From Candidatus Heimdallarchaeota archaeon (GTDB lineage Archaea > Asgardarchaeota > Heimdallarchaeia > JABLTI01), in NCBI GenBank assembly GCA_019058275.1, contig JAHLVW010000066.1, positions 32,001 to 96,000 of the forward strand: a stretch of 64,000 bases of DNA. The letters run 5' to 3'. This document shows positions 58,414 to 64,000 of this stretch, in pieces. Position numbers and translations under genes: made by a program. A model generated the notes under the pieces. That model made no database searches, was not told the origin of the DNA, and saw only the letters and a program-made list of their open reading frames with translations. How positions within the stretch are numbered: the stretch's first letter is position 1; every line of letters begins with the position of its first letter.

Positions 58414-60442
58414 TTATTTCCATCGATAATTTCCTTTTATCATCTTGCCTATTTCAAATGATCTTAGTATATCAGTTTGAGACAAAGTACCTATGAGTTT
58501 CATTTCTTCTTTTGAATTGACAACAGGTGCTCTTCGATAGCTATGACGTGTCAATATTTCTAAAGCTTCATCTGCTGATTGGTCTTCAGTAAGAATAACA
58601 TAATTTGGTTCAACATATTTCATTACTGTTTCATCTGTATGATTTTTTAATTGAGCCATTCGAATGTCAGATAAACTTATCATGTCTACTAATTTAACAT
58701 CATTTTTAACAATTGGAAGACCAAAATGTCCTTTTGTTTTAACCATTTCAATTGCGTCATAAATTTTCGCTGTTTCGCAAATATAACTTACATCTTTTGT
58801 CATTATATCTCGGACTTTCGTTTGTGAGAGAATTGTTATGTGTCTGCCTAACTTAATGTTTAACCCCTTATCTGCTAGTGATTGTGTATAAATTGACTCC
58901 TTCAAAAAACTCCTGCAAACTAGATAGCTTATACTACAAGTAAGCATTAACGGAATCATTAGTTTAATATTGCCTGTCATTTCTGCGCCCATAAAAATCA
59001 TTGTTAGTGGTGCTCTTGTTGCTCCAGCAAAAACTGATGCCAAACCTGCTAATGCGAATACAGATACATCAACATCTATGTTATTACCGGTATTAATCAC
59101 AGTCGCAAAGAAATTTCCCAAACATGCACCAATGAATAATGCTGGAGCAAAAATTCCTCCAGGATTATTTGAACCAACTGAAAAGGATGTTATCAAGATT
59201 TTCAATAGTAACAAAACTATTAGAAATGATATTAATGAATTCAGGGGATTTTGCGTTTGTAATTAAGTTACATCATTTTCCAAGATGTTTGTGATTGTTG
59301 TATATCCTGCCCCAAAAATCAATGGAATACCTTTCGCATTTTTTGGACTAATCAAACCAGTTAAACCAGCACATAAAGCACTGAGAACTGGAATATATAA
59401 TCTTGATATTTTTATCCGAGCAAAAATTCCTCTAGTGAAATGAAATATTTTCGTGTAAAATACTCCAATCAAACCTGCAACTATTCCAAACAAAATAAAC
59501 CAATGTAAATCAAAAATGAAAGAATTTCAATCTAATTCTCTTAACAATTCCATTTTGAATGAAGGTTCTGGTATGCCTGTACTATTTGGTGATAGTCTAG
59601 CAATATCAATTATAGCACTAATACTAGATGATGTTAATGATGCTATAACTATAGGAACAATCTCATCTGCAACCAATGATACTAGAAGAATTTCAATACC
59701 AAAAAGTGCTCCGCCAATAGGTGAATTAAATGTTGCTGCTATAGCTGCTGATAACCCACTAATTACAACAATACGCATATTTCTACCATGCAACCCGACA
59801 AGTCTTGCAATCTCAGAACTAAATCCTGCACCTACTTGGGTAATAGGTCCTTCTCTACCAACGCTCAGTCCACCTCCAGAACTAATTACTGAAGTAAACA
59901 TTTTAATTACAGGTGTTCGTCGACGCATAAACCCATCTCTTAAAGCAATGGATTCCATAACATTTGGAATACCAGATCCTTGAGAGTCAGGATCATATCC
60001 CCAAATAATTGGTGTAGTAATCATTGAAGCAATAATTGGTGTGATAATTATTGCTAGGAATTTCCAAGATTAAAAACTATCAAGCATTTGTGGAAATAAT
60101 CTCCATAAAGAGAAAATCAGCTCCAACATAAAGCCATTCGAAACCCCAAGCTGTTAATGTACCAATAACACCTACAACAATAGCTAAAGAATTTATTATG
60201 AAGCTTTTAGATTTAACCAAATCAGACATTGCCTTTCTAGGATGTTTAACATCATCAACGAAATTAGCCCAACTATTTCTTATACATCTCATTGTACTCA
60301 ACCAATTTTTTTTGACAAATCCTGATATTTTTTTCTCCTCTATATCCTCTTCTTGATTTTCATTTTGCTCTGGATGAATTTGCTCCTCTTCAGAAGCATT
60401 ACTTTGTTTTTCAGGTTGAGTCTCTGGATTCTCTTCAGTCAT
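58414..60442 (-). pseudogene. CLC chloride channel with CBS domains, fragmented
   Basis: GSGIP, GREGP, GGIFAP and CBS motifs spread over 4 ORFs; frameshift plus TAA near 60070-60095, in-frame TGA at 59527, in-frame TAA at 59263. Confidence 0.88.
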
Positions 60443-60658
60443 TTAATTCATCCTTACGTAGTCAATTTCGCAACTAAGATTTACTTTGATTCTCTTAATA
60501 TTTCTCTAAAACTTCTTTTAAGGTTTTCAGTAGTTGCTTTTGTTATCTAAAGACCTTTGATGAAATGACTTAAATATCAAATATTTTTGAATAAAATAGA
60601 AAACTTGAAAATCTAACTAAGAAAGTGAATCACTGTAAAGTTTGTTGGTGTTTATTAT

Positions 60659-62806
60659 ATGACGAAAACCAAATGTTCAATTTGTCATGGGTCAGGTAAG
60701 GAAATTATCTCGGATAAAACATGTCCTGATTGCAAAGGAATGGGTAGTACAAAAATAGTATTATCTTCTTATAGTTCAAAAAAAGATGCTGATAATTGCC
60801 CAACTTGCAATGGTTCAGGATCTCTTGTAAAAGATAAGAAATGTACAAACTGTAATGGTAAGGGATCATTGATTGTATGTGATTCCTGTGGTAAACCAAT
60901 ACAAGAAGGTACCATACCAGAAGGAATAACTGATATTTGTCAAGAATGTAAGACAACTCCTATTGTCTTTGTTTTAAAACCTCCTTGCACTACAAGAACT
61001 GTTAAACTAGGAACTTACTATCATGCAAAAATAAAAGATTTCAAAGATTTCGGAGTTTTTGCTGAATTATATCCCAGTGTTCAAGGTTTGATTCGCACTA
61101 AAAATTTGAAAGGTATTAAACGAAGTGATAAGGGAAAAGATATTATTGTCTATGTTAATGGGAAAACACGTGATGGTAAACTTGAATTAACACCTGCAAA
61201 CATCAAAGAGTATCGTTATGGTGTAAAAAGAGATAAAATGGATCGTATGAAAATATCCTCTATCTCGAGAAAATTGGAGAATAAAACTGTTCTAATACAA
61301 GGTAAAGTTTCTCAAATTCGTAAGACATCTGGACCAATTTCATATAACTTCATAGATGATTCTGGGTCAATTGCTGGTGCTGCTTTCATCAAACCGACTC
61401 AAGAAAATCCCTACAAATCCATAGTAGTAGGAGATATAGTAGAAGTTGTTGGAACAGTAAATACTCATCGTGATGTTTTACAAATTGAAATATTAGACAT
61501 GATTGAAGCTGGTGATGAAGAAGCAAAAATAATCCTTGAAAAAATAGAGAAAGTATTAGAGCAACGATCTAAACCAAAGGAGATACCACTTCTCATTAAA
61601 GACGAAATTCTTGAGAAAATGAAACCTGACTTATATAATTTAGCAAAAATGATTAGAAGAGCTATCTTTGATGGAACACCTATCTTACTAAGACACCATG
61701 CTGATACAGATGGTATAACAAGCGCTGTTGCTTTAGAACATGCAATAATTCCATTGATCATGGAAGAACAACCAGATGCTGCAAAGTATCGTGTAAAACG
61801 TTCACCTTCAAAATCACCCTTTTGGGATTTCATTGACGTAACAAAGGATGTTGATTTTGCATTACAGGATGCTATAAAATTCGGCGATAAACTACCTTTT
61901 GTTTTATTAATGGATCTTGGTAGTTCTCATGAGAGCTTGGCTTCTATAAAGAATGCTAAATTATTTGGCATTAATGTTGCAGTTTTAGATCATCACTTTC
62001 CCGAAAAAATTGTGAAGAAAAATGTAGCTCTTCATGTGAATCCTTATTTCTATGAGGGTGACTATAATCTTTGTACTGGGATGCTTGGCGTTGAATTAGC
62101 AAGAATAGTTAATCCTGATATTTCTGATAAGATTGATTACATAGCAGCAATTGCAGGTGTTGCAGATAGGGTCCAAGGCTCATCTCTTTTACAGTATCAG
62201 AAAATTGCTAAGAAAAAAGGACTTAACGAAGAACTTATGCGAAAGATTGCTCTTGCTATTGATTATGAACAATACTTTTTGCGATTCTCAGATGGGAAGA
62301 ATATAATAGACTCCATTTTTGGTTTTGAGAATTTGATGGATAAATCTCATTTGAACTTAGTTGATTTTCTATATTCTGAAGCTAAAACAGCTATCCAAGA
62401 ACAAGTTGACATATGCTTAGCACACTTACAAGAAGAAGAACTCAAGAATGAAGTTTTGCTAGGAACGATCGATGTTGAAATATTCGCAAGAAAATTTGAA
62501 TTCCCACCACCTGGAAAAACTACTGGGGCTCTTCATGATTTGCTATGTGAGAAACACCCAGAGAGAGGAGTTATAACCTTGGGAATTGGTCCTGATTTCG
62601 TAGTTTTAAGATCGAGAGGAGTCACTATAAATTTCCCAAGCATAATTAAGGGTTTAAAGAAGAAATTACCAGCTGCTGGTATAGAAGGTGGAGGGCATGA
62701 AGTAGTGGGATCATTAAAATTCGTAGCAGGAATGCGACAAGAAGTTCTATCTTCCTTAAAGAACTCATTATCAAAAGTAGAAGTTAATAAAGCAGAACCT
62801 GAATAG
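60659..62806 (+). CDS. Archaeal RecJ-like DHH nuclease with DnaJ-type Zn finger, S1 and OB domains
   Basis: Four CxxCxGxG repeats, FGVFAEL S1 motif, OB fold, HHADTDG, LDHH, GGGH. Confidence 0.9.
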   Translation: MTKTKCSICHGSGKEIISDKTCPDCKGMGSTKIVLSSYSSKKDADNCPTCNGSGSLVKDKKCTNCNGKGSLIVCDSCGKPIQEGTIPEGITDICQECKTTPIVFVLKPPCTTRTVKLGTYYHAKIKDFKDFGVFAELYPSVQGLIRTKNLKGIKRSDKGKDIIVYVNGKTRDGKLELTPANIKEYRYGVKRDKMDRMKISSISRKLENKTVLIQGKVSQIRKTSGPISYNFIDDSGSIAGAAFIKPTQENPYKSIVVGDIVEVVGTVNTHRDVLQIEILDMIEAGDEEAKIILEKIEKVLEQRSKPKEIPLLIKDEILEKMKPDLYNLAKMIRRAIFDGTPILLRHHADTDGITSAVALEHAIIPLIMEEQPDAAKYRVKRSPSKSPFWDFIDVTKDVDFALQDAIKFGDKLPFVLLMDLGSSHESLASIKNAKLFGINVAVLDHHFPEKIVKKNVALHVNPYFYEGDYNLCTGMLGVELARIVNPDISDKIDYIAAIAGVADRVQGSSLLQYQKIAKKKGLNEELMRKIALAIDYEQYFLRFSDGKNIIDSIFGFENLMDKSHLNLVDFLYSEAKTAIQEQVDICLAHLQEEELKNEVLLGTIDVEIFARKFEFPPPGKTTGALHDLLCEKHPERGVITLGIGPDFVVLRSRGVTINFPSIIKGLKKKLPAAGIEGGGHEVVGSLKFVAGMRQEVLSSLKNSLSKVEVNKAEPE

Positions 62807-62873
62807 GATATCCATAAATAAATATATTAAAGAAATTTCATAACGATTTCTCCATAATTTAGATAAGGGGCCA

Positions 62874-63908
62874 ATGATGACCAACCTTGAATGTACGCCC
62901 GGAGAAGATTATGATGACTGGGCAAAGGAAAACAAAAGATGGAAAGTAGTACCCCGTCCTTATGCATTCAAAGACGCAGTTATCTTCTTGAAAAATTGGG
63001 TTTTTGGTCCTTCTAAGAAGTATAAAGGATTAGCTGAATTTGTTCCAAAATCAAGTACTATAAATGACATTACACCTTCAATGAAGGTTGGATTTATTGG
63101 CGATATCATGAGAATGGCTAAATACAAACTCGTTATAGATGATTCGATAAAGGAATTCTTCAAAGATGTTGATTATCTGATTGGTAATTTTGAGGGTGTC
63201 ATTACGAAGTATAAGAGAGGAGCTATAGGTTCTCAGATTCATGATGAAGGTATTCTTGAATCACTCAAAGATTTATTCCCACCTGAAAAAACGTTATTGT
63301 GTCATTCAAACAATCATGCAGGTGATTTCGGATGGCAAGAGTTCCAAAACAGCTATCAGATTGTCAAAGATCATGACTTCATGATAGTAGGTAGAAGAGA
63401 TGAACCAACTTTTATGTTGGACAAAAAAGTGAATGTTGCCACTGCATCATTTTTGAGTGATCAAAGGTGTTCATTTATTTCAAATGAACATGAATTATCC
63501 AGTTATTATAATGAAAAGGCTAAATTCAATGTCTTATACCCACATTGGGGTTTCGAACTACAAATTTACCCACATCCACCTCAAGTTACTCAGGCAAAAA
63601 CATTTCTTGAAAAATGGGATTTGATTGTTGGTCATCATGCTCATGTACCTCAACCAATATCGTCATATCCAGCTGAAAAAGGAAACAAAGTTGTTGCATA
63701 CTCATTGGGTGATTTTAGTTATGGATTGAAATGGAAAAAATACCATCATTATGGCTTAATTGTTAAAATGGATGTCGGACCTAATAAAGATGGGATATGG
63801 CAAACTGGTAACTTAGATTGGCAATTCAATCATCTTTTATTTGAAAATAAGAAACATGTTCGAGTATCAATAACTGAGCATTATAAGCATTTGAAACATA
63901 TTAAATGA
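62874..63908 (+). CDS. CapA-family metallophosphatase
   Basis: GDIM, GNFEG, NNHAGDFG, HWGFE, GHHAHVPQ, YSLGDF. Confidence 0.85.
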   Translation: MMTNLECTPGEDYDDWAKENKRWKVVPRPYAFKDAVIFLKNWVFGPSKKYKGLAEFVPKSSTINDITPSMKVGFIGDIMRMAKYKLVIDDSIKEFFKDVDYLIGNFEGVITKYKRGAIGSQIHDEGILESLKDLFPPEKTLLCHSNNHAGDFGWQEFQNSYQIVKDHDFMIVGRRDEPTFMLDKKVNVATASFLSDQRCSFISNEHELSSYYNEKAKFNVLYPHWGFELQIYPHPPQVTQAKTFLEKWDLIVGHHAHVPQPISSYPAEKGNKVVAYSLGDFSYGLKWKKYHHYGLIVKMDVGPNKDGIWQTGNLDWQFNHLLFENKKHVRVSITEHYKHLKHIK

Positions 63909-64000
63909 CATTACTCAAGTCAATTAATCATATGTTTTTGTTGATCCTTTAGCAATAACATCGTGTTTATGGATACTTTCTAAACTTTTGACGATAGCTT

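Noticed and set aside
49706-60442. TGA recoding (Trp or Sec) suggested by in-frame TGA at 49805, 50175 and 59527
   Set aside because: The same genes also carry frameshifts or TAA stops, the TGAs replace different residues, TGA terminates many intact genes, and aRF1 has normal NIKS, YxCxxxF and GGQ motifs.
63924-64000. 3' end of a minus-strand gene
   Set aside because: Only ~24 codons are visible, too short to support a call.
1-64000. CRISPR array, rRNA genes, provirus
   Set aside because: No regularly spaced repeats, long GC-rich rRNA-like tracts, or capsid, terminase or integrase genes were seen.

Overview
AT-rich (~30% GC by eye) archaeal chromosome segment, very probably from an Asgard archaeon (Heimdallarchaeia-like). 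The assignment is inferred from archaeal core genes (Alba, aRF1, Hef, TruD, Pth2, GGR, Fwd) occurring with eukaryotic-signature proteins: two Rab-like GTPases, two OSTC/DC2-like proteins, a 1DGelX-type gelsolin, two roadblock proteins, membrane RING proteins, and PAC4-like, TRAP-beta-like and p24/GOLD-like proteins. Highlights: (1) a two-intron tRNA-Ile(GAU) anchors a tandem array of ~2 kb single-gene segments separated by degenerate tRNA 3'-end copies, with no integrase in view; (2) a complete bshC-bshB1-bshA bacillithiol operon; (3) a formylmethanofuran dehydrogenase cluster whose fwdA appears to need an ATT start; (4) a C/D-box sRNA; (5) an IS481-like element with a 14-bp target duplication that contains a TATA box; (6) a gdhA-nfnAB cluster with tandem operator-like palindromes facing a decayed second gdh; (7) six disrupted genes. 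All protein calls come from motif recognition by eye; no database search was run.
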